DNA from: Lingula anatina
Taxonomy: Eukaryota; Animalia; Brachiopoda
Assembly: GCA_051362555.1 (NCBI GenBank)
Contig: CM120641.1
Coordinates: 14,384,001-14,448,000, forward strand
Length of the DNA: 64,000 nucleotides
Direction of reading: 5' to 3'
Shown here: piece by piece, positions 24,901 through 36,100 of the stretch
How positions within the stretch are numbered: the first letter of the stretch is position 1
Layout: the number at the start of each line of letters is the position of its first letter
The notes under the pieces: model-generated
Database searches by the model: none
What the model was told of the DNA's origin: nothing
What the model saw: the letters and a program-made list of their open reading frames with translations, nothing else
Position numbers and translations under genes: made by a program

Positions 24901-27900
24901 GAAGCGACAGGACCTGATCCCAGTCACTATGAAGATGCACACTGCTGTCAACAATGGCATCAGCATTCTCGGAGCAACTATACTTCGCTATGCTGGGAGG
25001 GGCCCATCTGGCAAACTGGTGGAAACAAGACAGATGACATATGTCACCGACAGCTCTGACAAGCTCTTTATCAGCAGGGAGGCATGTATTGCACTTGGCA
25101 TCATACCAAAGACCTTCCCGACTGTGGGTGCATATCACATGTCGCAGTGTGCGTCCGTGTTCCCTGACATTACCCTTACAGCTCGTGGCGCTGATGCCCA
25201 ACACACATGCACTTGCCCCAAACGTCAACCAACTCCCCCGCCTCCAACCAAGCTGCCTTTCCCTGCAACGGAACAGAATCGTGGGCGACTGAAGGAATAC
25301 CTTCTGGACTATTACAGGTCCAGTACATTTAATACATGTGATCATCAGCCATTGCCCCTTATGGACAGCCCTCCAATGAAATTGATGGTAGACCCTTCTG
25401 CGGCACCAGTAGCCTATCACACTCCAATACCAGTCCCACTTCACTGGCAGGAAGAAGTGAAAGCAGGACTTGACCAAGATGTCAGACTAGGGGTCATAGA
25501 ACCAGTCCCAATTGGCGAGCCAGTCACCTGGTGCCACCGTATGGTTGTATGTGCGAAGAACAATGGCAGGCTACGCCGCACAGTTGATCTACAGGCTCTG
25601 AATGCACATGCTACACGAGAGACCCTCCACACCCCTTCTCCTTTTCACCAAGCCAGGGTTGTGCCCCAAGGCAAGAAAAAGACAGTTCTGGATGCTTGGA
25701 ATGGATACCACAGTGTACCCATTCGTGAGGAGGATCGCCATCTCACAACGTTTATCACACCCTGGGATAGATACCGATACAAGGTTGCTCCCCAAGGGTA
25801 CATTGCTTCAGGTGATGGGTATACCAGGAGATACGACGAAATTGTCTCGCACATCACCAACAAAACCAAATGTGTCGATGATGTCCTACTTTGGTCCAGC
25901 TCAATAGAGGGGAGTTTCTTCAAAGCCGTGGAGTGGTTAGACATCTGTGGTAGACATGGCATCACCCTGTACCCAGAGAAATTTGTTTTCGCACAAGATG
26001 AGGTTGAATTTGCAGGATTTGACATTACCCTGGACAGTGTCAAGCCCAGTTCCAAGTACCTTCAGGCCATCTTAGACTGTCCCACCCCTCGAAACATCAC
26101 TGATGTGCGATCATGGTTTGGTTTGGTCAACCAGGTATCATATGCCTTCAGCATGGCAGACAAAATCCTTCCCTTTAGATATCTTCTTCAACCTGGTACC
26201 CCCTTCAGATGGGATGAGGATCTCAACAGTCTCTTCAAAGAATCCAAGGCTGTCTTCTCCAAGGAAATTGAAGAGGGGGTCTGAATATTTGACAAGTCCA
26301 GGCCCACATGCCTTGCAACTGACTGTTCCAAAAATGGAATTGGGTTCTGGCTCCTACAGAAATATTGCTCTTGCCAGCCTATCCAACCATTCTGCTGCCC
26401 ATCTCGATGGAAGATTACTCTTGTAGGCAGCCGTTTCACCCACTCTGCTGAATCGTGATATGCCCCCATCGAGGGTGAAGCCCTAGCTGTTGCTGATGCT
26501 CTGAACAAGACAAGGTACTTTGTCCTTGGATGTCATGACCTCATCATTGCAGTTGACCACAAGCCATTACTGAAGGTCTTTAGCTGTTGGTCCCTTGATG
26601 ATATCAACAACCCCCGCCTAAGAAACTTGAAGGAGAAGACCCTCAGATACCGCTTCCAGATGGTACATATACGTGGGGTCAAACACCTTGCTGCAGATTG
26701 CGTATCTCGTCATCCCACAGGAGATCCAGATAAGCTCCCACTCCCTGAAGACGTTGCTACTGTCAGCCAACATCACCCTCTGTCTCAAATCCGATCCCCT
26801 GCCCCCAGTCACATCCCCATGGAGGAAAACATGATCTCTGCACTTACGTCCTCTCTGGCATCCATCACCTTGAAATCAGTGACCTGGAACAGAGTACGCA
26901 CAGCAACCACAAGTGATGCAGATATGGCTATGCTAGTCGACTTAATAACCTCAGGTCTGCCAGAGAGCCGCCAAGAGTTCCCCATCAAGCTTCGCGAGTA
27001 TTATCAGTTCAAGGAGGACCTCAGCACAATCGACGGAGTTGTGTTGTATAGAGACCGTGTAGTCATCCCACCTGCATTAAGGCAAGACGTCCTCTCTACA
27101 TTGCACAGTGCCCATCAGGGGATCTCCTCTATGATAACCAGAGCTGAGTCCTCAATCTTCTGGCCTGGCATTACACCGGATATAGTATCCACCAGAACAG
27201 GTTGCAACCACTGCAACCGCATGACCCCCTCCCAACCGAGTGCCCCTCCGACACCACTGATATATCCTGACTACCCATTCCAGTGCGTCTGTGCTGACTA
27301 CTTCCACTACATGGGTAATAACTACCTTGTCATTGTTGATCGGTATTCCAACTGGCCGATTGTGGAGAGAGCATCCCAAGGAGCGGCTGGCCTGATAGCT
27401 TCTCTTCGACGGACCTTTGTCACCTTTGGCATTGCCGATGAGCTATCCTCAGATGGGGGACCGGAGTTCACATCAACTGCCACCAAGAAGTTTCTTTCTG
27501 ATTGGGGTGTACATCATCGTATGTCATCAGTAGCCTTTCCCCATAGTAACTGCCCTGCTGAAGTTGGGTTAAGACAGTAAAACGCCTCATCACAGACAAT
27601 ACCAGCCCCAATGGTGACCTGGACACCGACAGCTTTCAGCGTGCTATGCTTCAGTACAGGAACACCCCAGACAGAGACACTAAACTCTCACCGGCAATGT
27701 GCGTCTTCGGGCACCCCATCCATGATTTCATCCCCATTCCACCGGAAAGATATAAACCACACACCACTTGGCAAGAGACCCTTAAGGCTAGGGAGGAAGC
27801 GCTCAGAAATTGCCATATGAAGATGGCAGAACGCCTTACGGAGCACACCAAGAGACTTGTACCCCTTGCAGTAGGGGAGCGTGTCCGAATCCAGAACCAG

Positions 27901-30681
27901 ACAGGCCCTCATCCCCTGAAATGGGACAAGACTGGGACCGTGGTTGAAGTACGGCAGTTTGATCAATATGTTGTGAGAGTAGATGGCTCGGGACGAGTCA
28001 CATTACGGAACAGGAAATTCCTCCAGCGTTACACTCCTGTCATGCAACCCACACCAATCCAGACCATAGACCGTGATCTTCAGCTTCCGCATGCTACCCC
28101 ACCACTTGCCAAACTTGCAGCTGATCAGGAGACAAGGAAGGAAATCCCTGGCTCTCCTCCAACACTCCCTGCCAAGGTTGCCACTGATCAGGAGGAACGC
28201 AAGGAAGAAATCCCTGGCCTACCTGTAACACCTAAGGCCAAGGCTACCCCACACTCTCATGACACACAAATGCAGTGTGAAACTCCGCCGTCATTGACTG
28301 CACCACCCATACCTCAACTGTTCAACACACCCTCACCCGCCACAGATACGCCATCCAAAGGGACCGTCACCCCAAAGCGCCGTCTTTTACCTTTGGGGAA
28401 TGCATCTCCACCTAGGCCAGTCAGTGTTAGCACACGTGTTTGCACCACTCCACGCCCCAGGACAGTGGATAGTCAACCTGGAATGTCCCAGCCTCTTAAT
28501 TACCATGGATCAACCTAGACGCTCCACTCGTGCCACTCGACCCCCAGCTTGGCAAAAAGACTATGAACTGTCATAGACATTTGAAATCCTGTGTAGCTGC
28601 ACACCAATGTTTGCTGTTCCTGTTGTCATTTGCATATTCAGTTTAGCTGTTACTTTGTAGTTTACTTGTTTTCAAACACTAGTGACCTCTCGTGGATCAT
28701 TGAAACATTTCAGTCTTTCTACTGACTTTGGTTATCAGTGAACCTAGAGACTTGGGGGGAGATATAGGATTATTATTTATGTAGACTTATGTAATTTATC
28801 TTCTGTTTCAGATATAGCGATCATTGTCAAGTTGGACCAATAAACGCTTAACGACAAATAGTACAGTGTACTTATTTAATCTCAGCGCACGACTCATCCT
28901 GTATATCTTTCTACAGATCACGCTGAGCTGTGGAAGGTGTCCCATGACTGCTAATATTAGTTTTAACCCAGAAGAAAAGAAGTCATGTAAAGAGAGTCCA
29001 TGCATGTTCATTGACTTACTTTGTTTTCAACCACTACTTAAAAGAATCCCACAATGCAAAATCGACAAAATGACACGCAGCGCATACAACATGAATTGAA
29101 TTAAGCTGTCCCCTGATGTGACTAATAGATTCTCCAAATCAGAATAACAAAGCCTGAAAATTCCCTGGTCAAATTTTAAATTGTCCTAATTTGCCAAAGT
29201 GGCACCAAAGCCATATTTGTTCTAGGGAACAAGTTGGCCCTACACCAAGTAACACCTTCATAGGAATTACAATTTCTGGGGTCCGATATTACCATGAAAT
29301 CCATGCGTTAAATTAGCACTCCTGTTGATGATTTGTTATATGTACGCTGTGCTTAGGCCTTTTGATAACTTTGCTTTCATGCTTAAGCACAACGAACATA
29401 TCAAAAATCGTCAATAGGAGTGCTAACGTATGAGTTTTGTGCTACACCGATAAATGATGTTTGGTGATAAAAAATAAAATTTTAAAAGAGATGAAATAGC
29501 TGTGAATCTTGCATCGCCAGTGTGACATGTTTTAAAAAATAAGAAAAGAAGAATGAGCATAAAGAAGAGAAAAATCGGGGCAACTAAAAAACGCTTAAGA
29601 AACCGCTTAAAAAATTTGTAATATATGATCTGCTCCAAATACTAGGATATCAATAAGAGGTTAATTATTTCCGAGATTTTCTTCTCACGATCTGACTGGT
29701 GCTTGACTCCCGTCAACCCTCGCATATCTGTCCATTTTAAACATTTACTGAGAGAACTGATTACGGAAGTCCATAAAAGCTAATAGGCCTAGGCCTACTT
29801 AGGCTTCGTTCACATGCAATGTCTATTTTCTAAATTCTATTTTCTATTTGCGGTATGTCTTATGATCACGGTCTGTGCACTGAACATCCCGCCGCGTAAT
29901 TACTGGCAGCGCGAGCCAGTTACTTATAGTAACTTATAGTAACTGGCTCGCGCTGCCAGTAATTACGCCGCGGGATATTCAGTGCACAGACCGTGATCAT
30001 AAGACATACCGAAAATAGAAAATAGACATTGCATGTGAACGAAGCCTTATTTTTGTACTTGTCATCAGCAATGGCATCTTTCATTGAAGATGGAAAAGCT
30101 TGTTGTTGATTAACTGAGGCGTCCATTGTAGACTTATTTGTTAATTTGAACCTATATATTGACGACAAATTATTAAAAACTGGTAAAATGAAATAATTGT
30201 TTCCAAGCCCAATCCATTCTACATGCGACATATCTAAATCTACACTTAATTATAACCAGAAAATCATTTTATACGGAATCACAATATGGTTTTCAAAACT
30301 TGATTATTCTCATCCGGCATACATCCAAGAAAAATGAAAATATGTGCACTAATTGTTAGGATATTTATTATTAATGCGAATTTTCCAGGCCTATGACATT
30401 AGGTAAATTTTATTACCCAATATTATTTAAGGTTATATTATATTTTACACCATTTTTTACCTTCAATAAAGGTGGCTGTCATCGGCCAAATTTCAAATAC
30501 CATACTTGTGTTTGCCCTTAAATTATGCTTTCGATTGTGTAAACGAGAAGACAAAGTAATCTTATACGGTATCTACACTTATTACAATATGGTGCTCAAA
30601 ACTTGATTATCTACCTTGTCTCATCCAGCGCACATCCAAGACAAGGAAGAGGACCAATATCCATAACTTGATCAAACACAT
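10000..30681 (-). CDS. Type I membrane protein: signal peptide, C-type lectin, ~10 sushi/CCP domains with an internal Ser/Thr-rich mucin-like stalk, TM helix, short tail
   Basis: Phase-compatible exons in transcript order: 30615-30681 ([22 protein letters not shown], signal-peptide-like; least certain), 22637-22832 and 22198-22424 (CTLD: CDSGW..CY, WIGL, WADG, W.DRKC..FVCE), 21506-21715, 20580-20993, 20156-20347, 19216-19413, 12833-13096, 11158-12411, 10627-10818 (all phase 1-1 CCP exons), and 10000-10214 ([22 protein letters not shown], stop). Confidence 0.85.
13567..13740. mobile_element. 174-bp foldback-type MITE with 8-bp TSD
   Basis: TSD GAATTGAC at 13559-13566 and 13741-13748. TIRs GGGG(G/C)CGT..CGATAGTCCGAAGG are built from 15-bp subterminal repeats (ggtccgaaggttcat). 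Superfamily not assigned. Confidence 0.9.
14365..15480 (+). CDS. DIRS ORF1 gag-like protein, interrupted by one TGA at 15355-15357
   Basis: ATG at 14365; typical DIRS ORF1 segments ([28 protein letters not shown]). The frame stays open after the TGA with an RG-rich tail ([20 protein letters not shown]) to TAG at 15478-15480. Confidence 0.8.
15354..17531 (+). CDS. DIRS ORF2: reverse transcriptase, RNase H and adenine methyltransferase-like domain
   Basis: RT ([22 protein letters not shown]), RNase H ([25 protein letters not shown]), MT-like domain ([22 protein letters not shown]). The ORF is intact. Confidence 0.93.
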   Translation: MIQGTHERKVQSWPRKFFPEGCTCRFKKLLMAKQPVGSEQILEVRHKFQAGRLHLFVDEWRKLTSDPYILDIVQNCHINVDTNIGFQNLNDMVKYRFNTEETIIIRKEISKLLDLGVIKKVQSVPGQFLSPIFVRPKKNGEYRMILNLKKLNQHIPYEHFKMDTFEKALTLVTKGCFLASIDIKHAYYSVKIAEEQQILFRFVWEGNIYQYTCLANGVSEGPKIFTKLLKPVYAKLRSLGHSSSGFIDDSLLCSDNYLECVENIRCTKHLMETLGFIINADKSVLIPQQSLLFLGNIIDSESMTVTLPKDKMDHIVQQCKMLIIKTEAKVRLVAKVIGIIVSTFSAVEYGKLHYRELEKQKISALKSNNGNYDAMMHITISMKQELQWWMENVHLQRRKIDKGNVDILYTDASKLGWGAHLEGQKIGGRWFPEEANLHINALELLAILYALQSFTFRFENKHVKIMSDNITACDYIQNMGGIKSYDCNNIAKKIWHWCIEKNVWLTCVHVPGKDNVDADNASRKFNERLEWKLNENVFQKICEKFGNPFIDLFASRLNAQVERYCSWQADPFAWGINAFTYDWGTLNYVYLFPPFSLLGHCIQKIRKDKARGIIVAPVWPTQIWFAKLMELLVENPIVIQKKKGLLTLPGNKLPVEHPLMDKLKLIVCKVSGNSLENEAFLSNQPTYLCHLGVQGQRNNTTCSLNAGSNTVVKGKLIQFHHMWKR
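17099..18367 (+). CDS. DIRS ORF3 tyrosine recombinase with N-terminal SAM-like integrase domain
   Basis: [20 protein letters not shown], catalytic R (NATRVQ), HSVR box and AGWS...FAKFY. Overlaps ORF2 in another frame. Confidence 0.93.
   Translation: MGNTELCLSVSTFQFAGSLYPEDSQRQSQGYYSGSCMANTDMVCKVDGITCGKPNSHSKEKRSANFTREQAPSGTSSYGQVETHCMQSIREQFRERGLSEQSTHILMSSWRTGTKKQYNVFIKRWFKYCGERKINSISPHVEEVIEFLTKQFNDGLAYDSLNTARGAISSMGIQIDGVSAGSHPLVIRYMKGIYNLRPPRQRYAQIWDVNKVLVFLRKLSPVKHLTLKDLTLKLTMLMALTLKLTMLMALINATRVQTLHLISVVDMKKLSSEFVFQLCGLLKQSRPGFNSSHIVFKAYPPDRRLCVYTVLKEYIARTKTLRRHNVDKNLLISYMKPYKPVQRDTISRWIKVVMTKSGIDTTLFGAHSVRAAAVSKAKMNSVPVTDILNKAGWSTEKTFAKFYEKQIEDKATTFEYGILKRK
18891..18922. repeat. (GTTT)n microsatellite
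   Basis: Direct tetranucleotide run just right of the DIRS end. Confidence 0.85.
23532..23647 (+). repeat. 5' LTR (TA...TA termini, contains AATAAA)
   Basis: Identical to 28763-28878. Confidence 0.95.
23673..28518 (+). pseudogene. Gypsy gag-pol polyprotein, disrupted
   Basis: gag starts at ATG 23673; Zn knuckles CGYC..GH..C and CQTC..HH...C follow a frameshift near 24313. Protease ADTG; RT (LDAWNGY, PQG, CVDD); RNase H (ATDCS); integrase HHCC and CADY/SDGGPEF. In-frame TGA at 26282 and about 26456; second frameshift near 27568. Confidence 0.92.
28763..28878 (+). repeat. 3' LTR
   Basis: Identical to 23532-23647; preceded by the PPT and followed by the TSD ATCTC. Confidence 0.95.
29313..29426. 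repeat. Imperfect inverted repeat with ~46-bp arms, probably a miniature MITE remnant
   Basis: ttagcactcctgttgatgatttgttatatgtacgctgtgcttaggc (29313-29358) matches the reverse complement of 29381-29426. Confidence 0.7.
29802..30046. mobile_element. Almost fully palindromic PIF/Harbinger-type MITE
   Basis: GGCTTCGTTCACATGC...GCATGTGAACGAAGCC with a TTA TSD (29799-29801, 30047-30049). The arms pair nearly to the centre. Confidence 0.88.
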
Positions 30682-32484
30682 GATTCTTTACAGTTAAAAT
30701 CATGAGTTATATTTCCTGTGACGGTGTAACCAACCGTTGATGGCCAAGCAGGCACAGTCTGATGTCCGAACACTGGGTGGTTCTACAAGTACCACACTTT
30801 GGTTTCGACTTGTTCTGATCTATCGCACCCTATGCTATGTATTAATTCGTGCAATGGAACTTTGTCTACAGGATGAACTGTAATGGAACCTTCTGTTGAA
30901 TGCCAACAAATACAGATCAATTAAAAGCCTTTTATGTGTGCATGATAGGCTGAAATGGTTTTCACAATACTCAACAATATTTCCCCCTGGCATAATTTTT
31001 AGGGTTTCTGTTACAATTGGGGACTTTGTTTTTCTCGTTGCAACGGGCAACATACAACATAGTGCGACAGGACGGCTGACAGGAAGATGTTAGAGAATAC
31101 GCCTCCATTTACTGGATTCCGGGAGCTAAATGGATATATTTACTTAATTTGTATTACGGAAAAAGTTAAGAGCTAGCAAAGTACAATACAAAGTGAACGA
31201 AAACACACAAATGGATAATGACAGTATCTTTGATCAAATATTGGCCTATGCTTTATCATCAAACAATCTAATGGACGATCCTTTGTCATACTTTGTAGAC
31301 AAAACGTTTGCTACGGAAGTTGTTTTGATTTATTTCGCACATTATTATTTTCTTTCGTAATCCATAGAGGTATATGCCACATATTTCAGAAATATCTGTG
31401 TCATTATTTCTTTCAGTGTGTGATTTATTGTTTCCTTAAGAAAAAAAATCGCTATTTGGAATAAAAATAAACCGAAGTACGAATTGATTTTAGCAAGCAG
31501 TGGCTAACGTTTTAAAGCTTTCCAGACTTAAGAAGCAGAAGATTTAATAAAATGGGTTCAAAAAAAATCTTTTTTTGTGTGTGTGTTTATTTTAATCAAA
31601 AACGTATCTAACATTGAATGAAATAATATGTGTTGAGTCTAAACCAAAAAAGTGTCTTTTGAAGAGTTTTTCAACAGGCACATACCGCAATCGGATAAAA
31701 TCATAGACTGGGTTCCTACAGATTTAGATCGATCCATCTGGATCGACCTAACTCGTTGGGGGTTCACGCTAAATTGCTGACAGCTTCCGGGAGCCTAGCG
31801 CGCACAAAAGTTAATTACCCCCTTACTGCTTTTAGTAGGCGGTTGTTTTCGCAAGATATGGAAGAAAAACCTGAGTAAAATTTTAGATTTTGAATTTGAG
31901 TCTATTTAGAGTACAAAATCATTAGCTATCACTCATGCAATTTATTCTTATAGGTAAACAGGTATCCCTGTCCCCAATACTGAAAGTCAAATTTCGTAAT
32001 CTTTTGCCTACGGTAGGGCCTATACGTAGGCCTATATGGCCAACCTGTAGGCCTACTAATGTAGCCCTACTGTAGGCCTACTTGCACGCCTTTGTTTTTC
32101 AGTTGTTTAATTAACATGAACAGACTCTATGATGAGGACTGGATATCGCTCAAGACGATGGTATTCCTTTTAACGTGCAAATTAATAAGCGATGGTATTT
32201 TTTATAAATACTATTAATTACATGAGATTTAATCGAGATATCTCCGATATCCTGAATATCTGGTCGAGACCGCAAAAATGAAATGGTCATATTTTGTGTA
32301 AACCATTGTTTTCATAAACGTCAAACATTTTTCAAAAACAGAAAACTATTTTCTTTAAATGTGGAAATAATTTGTTCCGAAAATTCAGAAAACCACAAAA
32401 GATATTCAGTGATCTGTTAAGAGAGCGTTTGATTACCGCGCCTTTCTTTATTGTGGTTTTCATTCTCTGGTTTGCACTGGTTTG

Positions 32485-32576
32485 ATTGGGTCTTCATGAC
32501 GTCATTGGCAATTTTTGGCCTTCATCCGGGTTTTTAATAAATTGCGCATGCTCAGTAAATCTGCTTCCGCCATTTT
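32485..32576 (+). promoter_or_regulatory. Probable housekeeping promoter of PPM1A/B
   Basis: Two reverse CCAAT boxes (ATTGG at 32485 and 32504), palindromic CRE TGACGTCA (32497-32504), NRF1-like TGCGCATGC (32543-32551) and YY1 CCGCCATTTT (32567-32576), about 500 bp upstream of the first coding exon. Confidence 0.7.
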
Positions 32577-33105
32577 GATTTTCGGTTTGCTGTTGGAAAT
32601 GAAGTTAAAAACATATTAGCGCACATCAATATAATTCAACAAGGCTATGACTGTGGCCAGCCACTGATATCTCAATAATAAGGATTCGAAGATAAAACGG
32701 TGTACAAGGATTATCAAGTCATGACTCCCAAGTTTTAACGGTATTTATATATGGATCCTTTTCTAGGTTTCAAATTCTTCGACTGCTCCATCTCCTCCAG
32801 GTTTCTTCTTTCTTGCAAGTGCACGTACAGGATTACCACTCAAAATCTAGACTTAGACATTCATGCTTGTATTCTGAAGTCCTAAACAATTGCTGATCAC
32901 TTCGCGATTCCAGAAACTAGGGGATTTTGCTTATGTCATTGCACTAATATTGGGTATTAGTCAGAAATAAGCTTCCCACGCTTTACTGCGTCCGAGTTAG
33001 TGTGTTTAAGTCGTCTTTATGTCACAGGCATTCCCCCATTTAAGTAATAGTGGAAAACTGTACTTCTTTTTCAGTAAAATCAGAAAGGGACTCAAAGCGG
33101 GTATA

Positions 33106-36100
33106 ATGGGAGCGTTTCTGGATAAACCCAAGACAGAGAAGCATAATGAGACTGGTGTTGGGAATGGACTGAGGTTTGGACTCAGCAGTATGCAAGGATG
33201 GAGGGTTGAAATGGAAGATGCACACTGTGCTGTTATAGGCTTACCAGGCCTGCAGGACTGGTCCTTCTTTGCTGTGTTTGATGGGCATGCAGGTGACCGT
33301 GTTTCAGCTTATTGCTCAGAGCAACTTCTGGAAGCAATTGTTGCAAATGAAGATTTTCAAAGAAGCGAACCGAATTTGGAAAACGTGAAGAAGGGGATAA
33401 GAACAGGTTTTCTTAATCTTGATGAAAAGATGAGAAATATCCCTGATGTTATCAATGGTAAAGATAAAAGTGGCTCAACCGCAGTCTGTAGTCTGGTCTC
33501 ACCCAATCATATTTTGTTTGCAAATTGTGGCGATTCCCGAGGTATCCACTGTCGCGATGGTAGAGTATGGTTTACCACTCAGGATCACAAACCGGTGAAC
33601 CCCACAGAGAAAGAGAGAATACAAAAAGCTGGGGGAAGTGTCATGATTCAGCGTGTTAATGGGTCACTTGCAGTATCTAGAGCTTTAGGAGACTTTGAAT
33701 ATAAAAATGTAGAGGGCATGGGTCCGTGTGAACAGCTTGTATCACCAGAGCCGGAAATATATGTAGAAGACCGAAATGAAAAGGACGAATTTTTAGTGCT
33801 GGCTTGTGATGGTGTGTGGGACGTTATGTCCAATGAGGACCTCTATGAATTTGTCAAGAACAGGATGCAGGTCACTGATGATTTGCAGTCTATATGTAAT
33901 CAAGTGGTGGACACATGTCTTTATAAAGTGAGTATGGCAGTGGTTTAATTTTTATAAGGGATATCTTTTACAACATTTCTTAACCTTAACTTTTCCATGA
34001 AACTTTACATTATTATTTTTTAAGATTGTATTGCCCTTTTTTATGACATTTTTTTTGTTTTGCATGCTGTAACAAAGTTTTTATCTTCATTTTACAAGTA
34101 GAGGACATATTCCATGCAGGTTCTATTGGATCCTGGCCATGGGCATGCTTGAAAGAAATCAATAAACTTAGTTTGTGCTTGTGTTACAACAAAGCTGTGT
34201 TTTGTATTTTGTCCCATTTTCTTCATTTCAGGGCAGTAGAGACAATATGAGTATTGTTATTGTAGCCTTCCAAGGTGCACCCTCAGTGTCAGAAGATGCC
34301 CAGAATAGGGAGAAAGAGCTAGACGATTTACTAGAAAATAAAGTCAAAGGTACATTCCCTTATTTGTTCAGGTGTAGAATACATCAATATTTACCACTTC
34401 TTTTACCATTATTATAGCTAGTTCACCCATTCCCATGTCTTTCCCTCATGAGTCTTAAATGTCACTCTATTTTTCCATTTCTGCATGTTTGTTTAATATT
34501 CCTATCAGGAAACAAAAAAGCAGTAAATTTATTTTTAAAAAATCAAATAAAAAAACCTGAAATGCATTTAAAAAAAAAAAAAAGATAATAAATGTTGTCT
34601 GATGTTTTTATAAAGCTTTCCACTTGGGACATCTGATAACATATTATGGATATGGATATTACCAGAAAGTGTTTCCATACTAAAGATCAGGACATTGTAC
34701 TAGTTTATAATAGTGGATGTGCATACTAAATGCGCCTGCATTACACTGGTGATCAACCATATCTCCCTATGATAGTGCTTAAATTGTATTTGGTTATTCA
34801 TATTATCAGCTTATTTGTAGGGACCACAATGAGCAAACATGATAATAGAAATAACCAAAAAGAATAGGATGAATTGCATGATTGATAGATATTAAATGTC
34901 CCTTTTATTCAATGTATATCTGTTTAGTTGGGGAGACCATTACCTAAAAGGCTTCAATTCAAATAGTTTTATTTGCCTTCTTTGTCAATTTCTTATTAGT
35001 CTGTTGAAGCTGAGCTCATTGAAGGCAGAGATACTTCTGTTATCCAACCCTTCTGGTGGTTTGCAACTGTGGAGGTGAAGAGAGAGATATGTTTGCTACC
35101 TATGGGGTGTTTAACTTGTATCTGATGTCCCTATGCGAAATTTTGCAAATTGCAGATCTAACTGTTCAATATATATAATATTTCAAGGCCAATTTTGTAT
35201 TTTGTTATGGATACAAGTTCTGATTATGCTTTTGTTTTTTTATTGCTGTTTTTAGAAATCCTCAATGGTCTCTCTGCCAAGAAAGAAGAGAGATATTGTG
35301 ATGTAAACTATGTGATGAATGCACTTTCAGAAGAAGACATCCAAGGTTTACCACCAGGGGGTGGATTGGCAGCTAAGTAAGTTTTAGACAATGTCACTAT
35401 TAACATACCTGATATGCATTCTGTACTTGTATTTTAATATATATTTTGAGACAATTGTAAAATATAAACCTTCTGAAGCAAGTCCTAATAGTTGATAAAT
35501 GCAGCATCCAGAGTGATATTGTAATTCTTCTTTTTACCTCAAAATAAGCATCAAATATATTACAGAATTATAGAAACATGATTGTGAAGCGGGACATTTC
35601 TTCTTAAAATAAATGAACATTATTCAGGTTGATATGATGTTGATTGCACTTGCATTGGTTTGCAGAGATGTTTTGATATTTTTCATTTATCCATTTCTAT
35701 AATAGTAGGAACATGTCAAAAGATCTGTTTAAATAGATACTACTGAACAGAATGTACCAATAACTCATGTCACTATGATTCACTGGGCTCAGTGCCCCAG
35801 GCTAATTTCTCACAAGTTCACTATACACATCTGTAAATGGTGCATGAATTAAAAAAAAAATCACTTTCACAGTATCACCCAGAAGTCCAAATTGAATTAG
35901 AAAGATAAACTTATTTACATATATCTCTAGAAAATTTGTTTGCCCAAAAAGCTGTAACTTGACTCTTAACACCACGTGTTCCACAGTTTGTTCCCAAAAA
36001 TGCATGTACAATTTTCATGTGGGAACCTGGACCAGCGACCTTTTTCCACCATAAGGTCATGAGCTGACAAACAGAATCTGGTTGCTATAATAAGTTCATG

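Larger units (their letters stand above)
23532..28878 (+). mobile_element. Full-length Ty3/Gypsy LTR retrotransposon with decayed gag-pol, antisense within the probable first intron of the lectin-sushi gene
   Basis: Identical 116-bp LTRs at 23532-23647 and 28763-28878. 5-bp TSD ATCTC (23527-23531, 28879-28883). PPT gagacttggggggaga precedes the 3' LTR. Domain order is PR-RT-RH-IN. Confidence 0.96.

Noticed and set aside
33019-33105. N-terminal extension of PPM1 in the ORF track
   Set aside because: It spans an intron acceptor at 33074; the conserved start is MGAFLDKP at 33106.
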